A DNA stretch of 64,000 bases from Octopus sinensis (GCF_006345805.1 NC_042998.1:124248001-124312000), one strand, 5' to 3'. Counted from the stretch's first letter, positions 14,961 through 28,678 are shown. Numbers and translations are program-made. The notes: generated from the sequence alone by a model not told the origin.

Positions 14961-15797
14961 TTTTACATATTTAGAGTGCAATCAAACTCAATCTTTATCC
15001 AATCAGCTCGCTTAGTTAACAAGCTTGATAGATACTTGGAATTTCAATCGAATAGTCAAAAGTTTGTTTCAAAACACCTTGATCAGTTTCTGGCAATCCC
15101 TTTGATTTACCCATACAATTTAGACATTTCCCTCATTTATAAATAGTTAAAATAAGTGAAACTTAATGTAATGGAAAATAGAATATGCGATCTAAATTTC
15201 GGGACACTATACTTCTTACTAAGAATCTGCTTTAAATTAAATGGCTTCTATTGTAGACAATGTATTTCGATAATTGTGTCCAATTTCTCTGTATCATTAT
15301 CATCTTTAAGGTAACTAAAGTACGAAGTCTGAAACAAAAGTGGATGGAGTTGCTCCTGCAGTATCTCATTTCTTACATCTTCAATTTCACTAGTCAATAT
15401 TCGAATATTAATTTCTCATCATCATAAAGTCAAATTAATTCACAAGTACACTTGAATATCTAATAAACATATATACTCATTTCTGTATTATTCGTTCACT
15501 AATTGCTTGATATGTTTGCGAAAGCAAATGCTTGCGACCATACACCTGTGTTCATATATCTGTTTTATATTCCATTAATTACCGCTTCTATAAAACAAAA
15601 ATCTCACACTTCACATAAATGTCATAGAATACCTGCAAAATATATCTCCATCATTCAATTCAGAATTTTTCCTTTTGAAGAACACATTTATAATTCTATA
15701 ATTATAAAATTACAATTTGATATTTAAATGTGTGTGTATACTACACACATACATATGCCTATGTAAGTACATCTTATTTTCATAGCACTTCAGGATG

Positions 15798-15845
<48 letters not shown>

Positions 15846-15864
15846 ACACACACACACATATATA

Positions 15865-15902
<38 letters not shown>

Positions 15903-15965
15903 TATATATATATTATAATATATATACATGTATATATATATGTATGTATGTATGTATGTACGTAT

Positions 15966-16060
15966 GGCACAGGCGTGGCTGTGTGGTAAGAAACTTACTT
16001 TCTAACCACATGATTCGAGTTCAGTCCCGCTGTGTAGCACCTTGGTCACGTGTCTTCTAC
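15966..16060 (+). mobile_element. SINE family A, tRNA-like head only
   Basis: GGCGTGGCTGTGTGGTAAGAAACTTAC...GAGTTCAGTCCC. Confidence 0.8.
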
Positions 16061-16083
16061 ACAAAGTGTGAAAGAGTAATGTA

Positions 16084-16129
<46 letters not shown>

Positions 16130-16193
16130 TATATACATATATATGCATATATATATATTATGTATACATATATATACGTGTGTGTGTATGTGC

Positions 16194-16239
<46 letters not shown>

Positions 16240-17105
16240 ATATATATATATATATATATAGTTAAACAAGATGCGAATAAAAATTTTGTAGGATGCTATA
16301 CAAAGCTTGTCCACATTTACTGACTACCAGATGTCATCATAGAGGGAAAATGCTCCTATTACTGGATATACTGGAGGCATTCTATCGTAGAGTTTATATA
16401 AATATATATCTTTATTCAAATCACGCCAAGTATTTCAGCACGTGTTTACGCACGTAGTACATTGATGAGATGTTGTGTAATCATTATCATAGATCCAAGG
16501 TGTAAAATCCGCTTCTTGAGGTGATTGTTTAAATAAATCCTTTCTTAGATCGTCTTCTCATTTCACTCACTTTGTGAATGCGTACCGAAAGTAAAGTGTC
16601 ATTTTCAGCAGCTTACAGACAAAACTGAACCAATGGATACAGTGACGGGCAGAGACAGATTACAAATACAATCGAAATACAAAATACATGAATAAATGGA
16701 GAGGGAAAGAAAAGGGCTGGGTGGACTATGAATTACCATTCTACCTTAATGGTCAGATTAAACGGAAAAGATGCTGAACCGATTGAACAATAGACTGAAG
16801 AATAAAATTAAGTATTTAGTGATAATAAAGTAATAAATTGGTGAAGACTGGCCATTTCAATACTTTTCTATTAGTTTGCTCTTTTATTTCTTTTAAAGAT
16901 CTAAGGTATCTCTTGTACCTTGCGACAAAACGACTGGTCCATTCTACGCAGGAATAAGTTTCTGTTTAATGTTAATTCATTACAGTCTAGTTTCCGTGTC
17001 CTTCCTTGAAAATTAGAAAAAATAAGTATATAGATATCGTCACTCACCCTGCATTCATATTAATATACATATAGTCATATATGCTCATTAGGAGAAGCAT
17101 ATATG

Positions 17106-17230
<125 letters not shown>

Positions 17231-17906
17231 GCGCTTCATTGTAGGTGGTTATATGACAAGTAGAAACCCTTTGATTAATTATCACTATGAGCTGGTATTT
17301 TATGAAATAGTGATATGCATGGTCGAACATGGGGCAATAGCGAGTATGCAGGAGCTGCGCTTGACAGTGTTATTATAAAACAGATTGAAATGGCTTTTCT
17401 CGAAAACGAAACCCTGTTGTAGATTGGGTTCACTTGAAGCCCATCTACAACTTTGGTATAGAAGGAGCCTAGAATGTAATCATCATTTCAAAACGTTTTA
17501 TACTTTTCACAGGTTTACAATCTCGTAAAGTATATGTACATATATATATATGAAAGGCCTCTAGCACGGTTTCGGTTTTACGTTTTTCCTTTCACAGTTT
17601 ATTTGTCAAACGGAGGTTACGGTAGAAGACAAACGCATGTGGTTCTGCATACTGATATCGAACCTCAAGCTAATCGATGTGACAAATGAATTAATATGAA
17701 GTAAAACCAAAATACACTTGTAATGTTTCAGGAGTCGGTGTTTATTTTATCAACTGCAACATTTCGACAGTATGTACTTTATTTATCACCGAAGGACAGA
17801 AGGTTAATTCTTTTTCAACCAAATCTGAAAATATAAAATATAACTATGAAACTAACGCAAGGCTTCTTGCACGGCGCGATTTTATCGAATTCAACGCATA
17901 TACTTA

Positions 17907-18700
17907 CGTCGTGCAGTTCTAGTTAATGAAAATCAGAAGTTTAATATAAAAGAGATGGTAGATTAACTTGCAGTATCTTGCCATGAACCATTACATTTTA
18001 TGTTTAAATATGTTGGTTCAATGCCTTTCATTGCACCAATGTTGATATATAATTGTCATTAATGTTCACATATCAATTCAATCAAATACACCTCCATTGT
18101 TTAAAATGCGACCAATAATTGCAGATATTTCACAACCAGTTTTCTGAATGGAGGTTTGCATTCTCGGTTGCAATCGGGTTTTTTCGCTGGTAATAACCAT
18201 AGTAGAAGCACACATTTCACCTAATGTTATATAACCCCACTATATTTTTGTTAATTTCGACTACGACTGAAATATGACAGAGTACATGTGAAGTATATTT
18301 CATAGATCATTAAAGTAATTACAACTGGTATTTGAGTACAGTTTCTAAATGAAAAATACCATAGCAACGACAAAGAATAAACCCAGGCACCTTTCACGAA
18401 TTCTAATGCATTACGCAACATATAAAGAATTAAACAAACATACACTGTAAATGATATATTCGTATCTTGGAACTCCGGCATTTTGCCGTAATTACAGGCT
18501 AGCAGAAGTGAATGCGAACAATGATTAATTTTACTACCTAAAACCAAATATATTTTACACGTTTTCACTCACAGCCCACAAACTTAATCAGGTAATTCTC
18601 TAATTTAAATTTTATGTACGACGAATAAAATTTCTGTGATTGCTAATTTCAAACACATTTTATGTGATATTAGTTAGTATGTAATCTCATCTGTCTGTGA
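17907..18700 (-). pseudogene. Best-preserved block of the CCP-like relic, about three modules in one frame
   Basis: One frame with in-frame stops: LACNYG..PEFQD..VKGAW; RNCTQIP..IYFTCTLSY..VKC....WLLPAKKPDC; RECKPP..IELICEH..IKCNGSWQD. Possible donor AC|GTAAGT near 17907. Confidence 0.55.
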
Positions 18701-19566
18701 GACGCATTTCAGTTATTGCTTACTTTAAACAACGTTTATAAGGAGCGTTGTGAGGCATTAGTTTAGTGAAGAAACAAATGTAAGGAGAGAGGAAAGAAGT
18801 ATATTAAAAACAATATGAAAGAAAAGGTTTGAAATTTACTTAGTGTTATTGTAATTATTAAATATTTTAGTATTGTCATTCTAGTCGTGATCATTAATAT
18901 CATAAACTTTTCTTGATGAATAGCTTCATCGTCACCACCACCGTTAATTATATGTTAACATGTACATGCAAAAATCTGCTCAGAAATATAATCCGCTTTT
19001 AATGCCATCATCAACATAGAGGATAATCAAATAAAAGTAGCTAAAAAACAGAAAATCTTAATGCTAAACTTCGTATTACTTCCAGCTACATTCTAATTTT
19101 ATTGAATCTAATTTCTATTAGCTAATTGAATTTCCATCTAAACATAATTATATAAATAACCATGCCTATTGAAATGGAAAGTGTTACGTGAAAACTCCTA
19201 ATTGTTCCGATTTGGTGTAAAGTATGCATACAACGTCGGTTTTCCCGTGAAATATATTCAGTAAAATATGTAAAAACATTGTCTTAACTCCATATGAATT
19301 CAATGCGCAATCAATCAAAACGTCTTATCATGCTATTTTATGCAGTTTAAATATGAATGGTTGGCCGCTCTTGGACCCCAAAATTTGTTTAAGATTTACC
19401 TGAATATGTTCTTCAACAGTGATTCAGAGATGGCTTTTAATAACAAAATGTCATTAATGCACATGCGATTTGATAACTCGTAAAGAATTGAATATATCCT
19501 TGGAAAAAACTAGGGATAACGTAATAAACCCTTGGCCAATGGCCTGATGGCGAGTCGAACTAATCT

Positions 19567-19607
<41 letters not shown>

Positions 19608-19611
19608 TATA

Positions 19612-19661
<50 letters not shown>

Positions 19662-19691
19662 TATACACATATACATATACATATATACATA

Positions 19692-19744
<53 letters not shown>

Positions 19745-19908
19745 CATGACTGCCATCCCTGAAGAGAACGGTTAAATAGTCGGATTGTTACTTAACACTC
19801 CATTGAACACCTAGTGTGAAACCGGTTCGTAAGATCGGGTGTAACGGATATATAACACTGTGGACTTCGATTATTATATATATTATAATGAAGAAATCTT
19901 CTTATTAA

Positions 19909-19974
19909 TTTTAGTACTTTTAGTAACTGTTACATACCTAACTAGGTGTGTAATAGTTACTAAAAGTACTAAAA
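19909..19974. repeat. 66-bp near-perfect palindrome
   Basis: 32-bp arms with 30/32 identity and a 2-nt spacer. Confidence 0.9.
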
Positions 19975-20308
19975 GAAAGCAATTATTAAAGGCTTGACCG
20001 TCCGTAATATTTTTTTCATAAATTTATGTTTCAAAACATTTCCTATAATTTAGATTTCTGAAGTTTATTGAATTTATTGAATTTTTGAACTCCAAATTTT
20101 CAGAAATTTAAATGTTCGTTGCAATCACTGCGTCTAATTTTTTCACAAATTTCAATAGTCATTGCATTCACTGCGGAGTAGATTTTAATGTTTTATAATA
20201 AACAATATTAATACATTGCAGGTGCCATTTTCAGTTTTCATTTGCAACAGTCTCTCTCTCTATCTATCTATCTATCTTGCCTCTATTTTCATTAATGATA
20301 ATTTAATA

Positions 20309-21480
20309 CCAGTGGGGAAAAGGTTTTTGGTGCCTCAGGTTTTAGACCTGATCTTAGGCATATTCAATGTTCTAAATAAAAATATGCCCTTCATTTCTCT
20401 CTAGCAACTTTACTTTTTGAGATAATGTAGAGCAGTCCATACATAATTCTGGGATAGGCCGCCAACAGTGTTATTATAAAATCAGAGAAGGTCTGTAATG
20501 TTTTTGACTAATGCTCGAATATACATTCAGGGGACAGAGAAAATCCATTTCTGATTTTGTGAAAAGAGTATACTTAAGCTATTTCAAAATAAAACTAGAG
20601 GACCAAGATACAGCATGGGCTCCACACCTTGTCTGTAAAGCTTGAATTGTGTACCTTCGGCATTGGATAACTGGTATGACGAAATATCTGAAATTTGGGA
20701 TACTTATGTTGAGGAGAGAACAGAGGAATTACAGTGAAGATGTTTACTTCTCTCTGGTTAATATAAAGGGCATTAATGGACGTAATCGGAGTAAATGGGT
20801 GTATCTTGATTTAGATTCGGCAAAACTTCTTGTATACTTATATGAAATACCAGTACCATCATCATTTCAGCTCACTGAAAAAATGGATCTTGCTCTTCAC
20901 CTATAAACAGTAGTCATGATGCCAGTGAATTTGAAGGGACGTCATTAGTGGCACAAGTTTTTAATCAGTGATAGCCCAATGACCTCGTTAGAGAGCTAAA
21001 TCTATGAAAGAAATCAGCAGCAGTGTTGGCGTCTGGATTAGCACAGAAGAATTTATTGCATCCGGAAAGCAAAGTCACATACTTTCGCAGTAGAAAAGAG
21101 ATTTACTGCCGTTCTCGGATGTAATTTTGTACTTTGCGACAATGTTCAAGGCTTGCTGATGAAAATGGGCATACCACAATATCTACCAAGCAAATGGCGG
21201 CTGTGTTCATAGACATTTCTAAGCAGAGCTTAAAATGCGTGCTTCTACATAATGGATACAAATGTGAATCAATCCAAATTGTTCCCTCAACTAAGATGAC
21301 TTAGGAGCAAAAGGCAATTGCTCTGATCCTACAAAAAATATCACATTACGATCACCAGTGGTTAATCTGTGTGGATCTAAAAATAGCAGAGTGGATATAC
21401 TAAGTATCCCTGCTTTATCTGTCTCTGGGATAGTAGCTCTAAGGATGAGTACTGGGTGAGGAAACAGTGGCGTCTGAGAG
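20309..21480 (+). mobile_element. Fossil DNA transposase, Chapaev3-like (CMC superfamily), 5' part
   Basis: DQDTAWAPHLVCKA..LRHW..LKFGI.M.RE..N...D.YF.LVN.KG; QWLICVDLK..SGYTKYPCFICLWDS; putative left TIR from ~20309. Family assignment is from recalled motifs. Confidence 0.7.
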
Positions 21481-21517
21481 AAAACACAGAGGTAGGAGAA
21501 CGGAATGTAATTTTAGC

Positions 21518-21579
<62 letters not shown>

Positions 21580-22488
21580 GGCTCTAATTGTTTCCATGAA
21601 TAACAATTTACTTATATATTCATTGCAATTTTTTCATTTCAAGTTTTATTTCGTCATTTCAGAGGAGAAAAATCAGGTATTTCGTTGACTTAAATTCGCT
21701 TTGTAAATACCCTCAGCTTCTTGTTTATAAATTAGGCTGGACAACTTATTGAAACCTACTGAATCTTCGAACTCATGCGACTTATTTCCTTTCTGTCGTT
21801 ATCTAAGAATTATCAAGGGAATTTTTGCTATGGCTCTTTGAAATGCTTTGAAACGTTTTGAAACAGGTATTAAAATATTTGTATGTGATAGTTGCTAATT
21901 TTTTTAACTCTGAACTTAGTTGGACTACCTTTATGTTTGTCTAAGAAAGAGAGACTGTGACTGTGATAAAATAATGAAAGCAATATTTACTAATTGAGCA
22001 CTATTGTACAAATACATGATGTAACATAAAACATAATAAAAATGATTAGAATTGGGAATCAAATGTAAAAATATCTAGTGGCCAGCAGAAAACTGCTCGG
22101 AGAGCGGTCATTCTGCTAGTATATATAAGTATTCATGTGTGTACTCATGTATGTATGTATATTAATTGATAAAATCAGTGTATCGAGAATTTGATAAAAG
22201 ATTCTCTGGTGAAATTTTGAACGAGATTATATATGAAATTCGTGCTTTTTTGAATAGTGGAATCATTTTAAAATATGCTATTGAATAATTCTATAGGCGT
22301 TTTGCAATTCGTGCTTTCAATGAGTGGCTTTCACTAAGATTATTGTTCAGAGGGCACATATTGAATGTAGGCCAATACTTAGACACCAAGCGACTAGTAT
22401 TTTGTATGCATCATAGCATACATCCACACATGCAAAAACGCACACACACATGCTTAGGCACACACGCATATATATGTATGTATGTGTG

Positions 22489-22519
<31 letters not shown>

Positions 22520-22522
<3 letters not shown>

Positions 22523-23230
22523 GGTCGAATTAAGTGACATTTGTAATTATCCTTTTTGGTGAAACATTACAAACTGCTGTTTATATTAATTGTATATATA
22601 CATTATCGAATCTCTAAATCATCCAATTATTTGGATGGCGAAAACAAATACTAATGGCGAAATGATTTCGGACAGAGCCGAAGACGAGCTGTCTTAATTA
22701 ATAAAGTAACGGAAATTGCTGAAACTGACGCATCTGTATTAAGAATTCTCGATCGGCACTTTCTGGGCAATTATAGTCCCTGTTAATGTATATGTTTTTA
22801 TCCATTTGCGTTAACTACAGCATCAGAGCGGTTTAGCTCTTATTTGAAGCAAGGTAGGCGTTTCCTAACACTGTAGTCGCATTTAATGACTTTTGCAATT
22901 CTCCTCTTTGGTGAAACATTGCGAAATAATGTCGGCCTTGACACATTTCCTGTGTCCTTATGTTTACAAGGGGGAGACAAGTACCTCCATCCAACTAAGC
23001 CTGCACCAAAGGCTAGTTTCTGAGTCTTTGCTCGTCATCAGTCTGGAGTAGTATGGCCTGCTAGTTGGGGATGCCTGTCTAGCCTTTGTAAACATGGTAC
23101 CGAGGCTTAGAATTTCTGCTCATTCCTCTGATTTCAAATAATGTGTATCAGTGAATAGTTGTGGTTGTAGTTGTTTTGTGACGCTAATCTTATGGTGCTG
23201 GTGCTAGTTGTAGCACACTCAATAAGTTTT
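22520..23230. mobile_element. PLE terminal-repeat-like fragments between (TA)n tracts
   Basis: ~50-bp diverged direct repeat (22523 vs 22875); 22935-23050 homologous to 54298-54420. Confidence 0.55.
23006..23046 (-). ncRNA. Minimal type-I hammerhead motif, cleavage triplet mutated
   Basis: CCAGA-CTGATGA-CGAG CAAAGA CTCA-GAAA-CTAG-CC-TTTGG; same family as 54369-54414. Confidence 0.65.
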
Positions 23231-23233
23231 ATT

Positions 23234-23332
<99 letters not shown>

Positions 23333-23504
23333 AGGCTATTTTATTTATTATAGTTGCCTAGACATTTTTATGTGTATGTATAGGGATATATATATAGGTG
23401 TGTGATTTAGTGTATGTAGTTAGATATGGTTATATATAATTAGGTATATGCGTTATGGGTGTATATATAGTTTATTATTATATTATTATTTTTTTGTTTT
23501 GTTA

Positions 23505-23557
23505 TATTTTATATTTTATATTTTATATTTTATATTTTATATTTTATATTTTATATT
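23505..23557. repeat. (ATATTTT)n heptamer repeat
   Basis: Directly visible. Confidence 0.9.
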
Positions 23558-23725
23558 TAATTGTTGATAGGTTTTTTTAGTTATATATTGTTTATATATT
23601 GTTTATATATGGATTATAGATAGGTTATATGGATTATATACTTATATTTTTTCATTCATACTTTAATTATTTTAAAATTATTATTTTTATATTTTAAAAT
23701 ATTGATTTTTAGTTAGATTGGAAGT

Positions 23726-23768
23726 CCACCTGAAGATTGTCGATCAAGACAAGAAACGATTGTAGTGG
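23726..23768 (+). ncRNA. Minimal type-I hammerhead ribozyme with intact core
   Basis: CCAC-CTGAAGA-TTGTC gatcaa GACAA-GAAA-C gatt G-TA-GTGG; predicted GUA cleavage after 23764. Confidence 0.8.
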
Positions 23769-24057
23769 CGGTTTTTTTGACTATTTATTAAAATTTTATG
23801 TATTAATAAGTCTTTCCTTGTTTGTTTTGCAAAATAGTGGTTTTGTCTCGATAATATTTATAATATTTTACTATAAAATCGATTTAATCCTAAATCTGAT
23901 TTTTTCCCTGTAAATTTGGATTTATTCCCTAATATTTATTATATATATAATATATATATATATATAATATTATATATATATATATTATATATAATATATA
24001 TATATATATATATTATAATTAATATATATATATACATAATATTATATAATATACATA

Positions 24058-24800
24058 TCGTGAAATACGAAAGAGTAAATTTATTCAATAATATCGCCAT
24101 TGATTTTAACCACGGCATCAAGACGACTTCCGAATCTCCTGCAAATCTTCTGGACAGTTTCCTTATTTAAGTTGATGAATGTTGCCATAATCCTTCCTTT
24201 GAGTTCATCTTTGGTGTCATAAGGTTCGTTGGTCTCTTGCTCAACTGCACCCCACATATAATAATCAAGGGGTTGCAGTCTGGGGAGTTAGGTGGCCAGA
24301 TGTTAGCGGTGGTGTCATCGCATAAATTGTCTAAGAGCCATGACTGGGTTATTCTGCTTGTTTGGCATGGTGCAGAGTTCTGTTGCTAGAGTTAGTGTAT
24401 TCCAGCAGTCACCGTCGAGACAGGACTAACTCCTCCAAGCACTTGATGTAAGCCTCCTTGTTTAGTCTGAGGACGGGTGGGAAGATGAATGTAGGCATAA
24501 CGTCACCATCATTAGTGATCACTCCGAACACCATGATGTTGAGAGGATGTTTGATTTTTATCACTCTTGGTACATATCCTCAGCTTGACACCGAAACAAT
24601 CTGAAATGATCGGTGGAGCTTCCGGTGCGAATGGCAAGCAGTAAAGCCTGTCGGTCCCAAATTTCTGACAGAGTGAATAACATTATGGTGCTGTTTTCCT
24701 CACAGACGTTTACCCTACTGTTTAGTCATCAAAATAAAAAAAGAAAACAATGCACACGTGCGATGTTAAAAATATAAAATGTCGACGATTTTCCCCTTAT
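24058..24800 (-). mobile_element. Internally deleted Tc1/mariner element, DD37D (maT)-type spacing
   Basis: QQNSAPC...WPPNSPDCNP(L)DY with 37 residues between the 2nd and 3rd catalytic positions after a 1-nt frameshift; C-terminus RLDAVVKINGDIIE*. Confidence 0.8.
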
Positions 24801-24803
24801 ATA

Positions 24804-26187
24804 TTTTTTTTTTCTAGTTTCAGCTCAGAGCTGCGGCCATGCTGATGCACCGCCGTTTTGTGCTACACTGTTATTACGACGAACCTCGTCTAATATGTGG
24901 CACTTGGTGAAGAATGGAGTTTGATATAGCTACTCTCATTTGCACCTCTTGCCGTGAGGTAGGTTCATCTGGGACTCTTGACAGGAAGATGTCCAGCTTT
25001 GATTTAAAAACCGCTACATCTACTTTGTGCAAGTTCCTCAGACTCTTTGGGAGAATATTAAAAAGCTGTGGGCCCTTGAAACCTAGGCTGTTGCAGAAGC
25101 TGGTCCTGAAGCGTGATGGCATTGGTGGGATCTTTGGCACTATGCAGTGTCGTCCCGTTCTAGCATTGGTGTAGCTTACAATGCCAAAATTTGGCACAAT
25201 TCCTTCCAGGATCTTCCAGACATATATTACTGCATACATATCCCGTCTTCTCTCCAGGGTGTAGAGTCTTAGCTGTTTCAACCTTTCCCAGTAGCTGAGC
25301 TGTTTCAAAGAGATGATCTTCTTTGTGAAACTTCTCCGGATTGCTTCAAGGTCCGCTGTTAATTTTACACTGGTGGGTGACCATAGCTGTGAGCAGTAAA
25401 CCAGGCGACTGAGGACGACTGTCCGCCAGAGGACCATCATGGTTTCCTTATCTCTGGTTCTGAATGTTCTTAGGATCCACCCAGCCAGTCGTCTGCACTT
25501 TGTCGCCATCCTGGTAATGTGCATTTGGAAAGAGGTATCATCACTCATGTCGATACCCAGGTCCCTCACAGACTTAGGCTCTGGGATCGAAATTCCCTGT
25601 GGACCGGTGTATCCTGTAAGTTTAATATTCAGGTTTAGATGCTGGTAGCGCAGGGCCTGGAATTTTTCAGCATTAAACTGCATATTATTATCCTCAGCCC
25701 ATCTGTAGATTGAGTCCAACTCCTGCTGCAGGTATGCAACATCGCTGGGGTTCTGTATTTTCTGCGAGACTTTCGTATCGTCTGCATATCTGGCCAGAGT
25801 GGCTATCCGGGCATTTGAGGGCATATCTGAGAGGGCCACTATAAAAAGCAGTGGTCCCAAGACAGTGCCCTGTGGAACACCGCTCACTATTTGAGTGTTC
25901 ATAGAGGTGGCTCCATTAACCACTACTGCTGACTCCTATCTTTCATGAAGTCATGCAACCACACTCCTAGTTTTCCAGCTATGCCGAGGTCACGTATCAT
26001 ACCATGATCCACCTTGTCAAAAGCTTTTGCAAAATCAAGGTAGATTACGTCCACATTTGATTTGTTGAGTAACTGCCTCAACACCCAGTCATAATGCTGT
26101 AAGAGCTGGGTCAGGCAGCTCCTACCTGGTCGAAAACCATGCTGGGTATCACTCAGCAAGTTATTTTCCTCAAGGAATGCGATTAGT
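24804..26187 (-). mobile_element. 5'-truncated CR1-clade LINE (RT domain, one frameshift, 3' tail and poly-A)
   Basis: ORFs 25923-26159 and 24874-25923: QHGFRPGRSC, YLDFAKAFDKVDH, SGVPQGTVLGPLLF, YADD, RDLGI, LERRR. Confidence 0.93.
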
Positions 26188-26194
26188 TATATAT

Positions 26195-26236
<42 letters not shown>

Positions 26237-26739
26237 AATATATTTATACATACATATTATATATATTTAAACATATATATATATATGCATACATATATAT
26301 ATATATTCATGAGTGGCTTATCAGTGTGTATATGTGTTTATGTGCGTATGTGTGTGTGAGTACGTATGAGGACAAGAGTGTCTGTTTAAAACAGTGCAAT
26401 CAATTGACTGTACATTAGTTACTTCAAATTTTTGACTTGATACACTGTCTTTAGTAACAATTGTATTTCTCAATATCCATTAGTCATCGTTTATCGGGAT
26501 TTTGGCTGTACATTCATATGAACTGTAGTTCGAGAGATGAATGTGAAATAAATTTTAAAATATTCAATACAGAAGAAATATATGAGTAATAACATATATT
26601 TAACGAAAAAGAAGAAATAGTAGAATGCAATGACGTGATAGTAAATGGTAAAGATAAAAATATAAAGTACACCGTTAAAGTTGTGTAAAACATTCAAGTT
26701 ATAAGACCATAGAGACACACTATATATGCGTACATATGT

Positions 26740-26781
<42 letters not shown>

Positions 26782-27129
26782 ATGCATGAACATGTGTACT
26801 GCTGTCATAGGTGAGTTAAAATAAAGGTAAAATGAAAATGTTACACAGCAGATAGGTGTATATTTGGTGTATAGTTACTTAGATGGAGTCTAGTCACCAT
26901 TTTACAATATAATCCGGACTATTATTCGGTAGTTGCTAGATGCAAGTGAAATATTTAATCGATATGACTAAACGAGAAAATTTTCTTATGTAGTGTCGAG
27001 GATTTGGACCTCATACAGGAGGTTCTAGCTAAATTTGACGAACTTTATATCTCCTTTTTTACTGAAACAGTATGGTGGATTAGTGAACAGTGGACGGTGT
27101 TGGACAGCATAAAGCTTAAATTTGTATTT

Positions 27130-27475
27130 GAGAAAAATTTGACTTAGATTGTAATTCCATGGATTTGTGAGTTTGGGGATCGGTTGTAAAAGATACCAAA
27201 TGCTCTACCTGCAACATGAAAGCTGAGCTGAAGGCCAAGGTCAAGAGTGTATTCGAAGATATTCTCAAAGACACAGTGCGAAGCATATGCACCAAGTTCC
27301 GGAGCACACTCGAGATCGTCGTGGAAGCTATAAGTGGCTACTTTGAGTAAACTCTTATCTTGGAGTCATAATCTAGTAGATATGTTTTGATTTTTTTAGA
27401 TACTTTTAATTTTGGATGGGCTATTATTTCTTTTTCGTGCTATGCATACTATCAAAATTAACCCGAACACTACAT
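27130..27475 (+). mobile_element. 3' fragment of a maT-like mariner transposase
   Basis: DCNSMD..VWG...KAELKAK...CTKFRSTLEIVVEAISGYFE*. Confidence 0.7.
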
Positions 27476-28339
27476 TATTAGATCTATACTACCAGTATAT
27501 TTTTCGACATGAACTGTTAATCTATTTTGAAGATTAAGGTTGAATGACATAAAATAGTGTTTGGTAGTGCAACTGTAATTCAGTGGTCGATTGTGATTAA
27601 AAAACAGTGTTCTACACTTACAGATAATGTTTTCTACACTTACAGATAAGATTCGGATACCACTGCTTAGCTTCAGATGACGGGTACCTGAACTGTGTAG
27701 GTAACCTACTCTTTAGTAAACGTAACAAACGACAAGGTCTACTTTCATTAGGATTTCCTTGCTTAAGCACTAATTAAATATATCTGTTCGTACATAGGTG
27801 TGTCTGCATGTGTATTTGTATGTATATACAGATATATGTGGGGTTTGTGTCTATGTAGTTATTTACATATATGTACATGTGTGCATGCGTATATATATTT
27901 ATGTATATGCATGTATTTATGTATGTATGCATGTATATATGTGTGCATGTGTGTGCATATTTATGCACGCGTATACTTATTCATTTGCATAAAGACATAT
28001 CCGTAAACACTCATATATACATTGTATTGATATCGCTATTCAAGCACATTGGCCTATGCATACCCCCTCTCTCTCTCTCTTTCTCTCTTTCTCTCTTTTC
28101 TCTCTCTCTCTCTCTGTATCCGTCTCTCTCTCTCTTTCTAATATATATGCTTTAGTATCTGCATCATTTAAACGCATACACTCAAACGTCCATGAGATAG
28201 GCATATGTAGTTGTACAATTTACCTTCTTTTACAGACACACATACACACACACACAACAGCAACGAAAACGACAACAACAATAAGAACAACAACACGCAA
28301 ACATATGTACACATTCACTTATAAACGTGCGAATCACTT

Positions 28340-28470
28340 TTCCATCTAGTGTTCTTACAAAATATCTGGTTTTCTCATTAAACATATCTTCGTTTGTTAA
28401 TCGGAATTGGACTGTTCCCGGTATACTGAACAACCTGCACAAATGATTTGCTTATAGCAATCAAATGTTT
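28340..28470 (-). mobile_element. PLE RT-thumb fragment
   Basis: IPGTVQFRLTNEDMFNEKTRYFVRTL resembles IP..I..RLS..SS.E..FN.....Y..AL. Confidence 0.4.
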
Positions 28471-28479
28471 GTTGTGTTG

Positions 28480-28678
28480 TTGCACTTAAGCTTACTTTTT
28501 CCATGAACTCGACGCTGCTTCGACTGGTGCACGATGCACTACACGTTTGGTGTCGAAGTGATGGCAGATAAGCGTCGGATGAAGTGTTTTGCTCAAGTAT
28601 ACAACGCACCGCCTGGTTCAGGAATTGTAAACATGATCTTGCGACCGTTACTACAATTCCCTGACCACTGAGCCACGT
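28480..28678 (-). mobile_element. Degenerate tRNA-derived SINE
   Basis: Minus GTGGCTCAGTGGTCAGGG A-box, degenerate B-box, then GCGTTGTATACTTGAGCAAAACACTT core. Confidence 0.6.

Noticed and set aside
16420-16530. HHR-like words on minus here, and at ~4345-4370 and ~19755-19836
   Set aside because: Core or stem I too degenerate to support a call.
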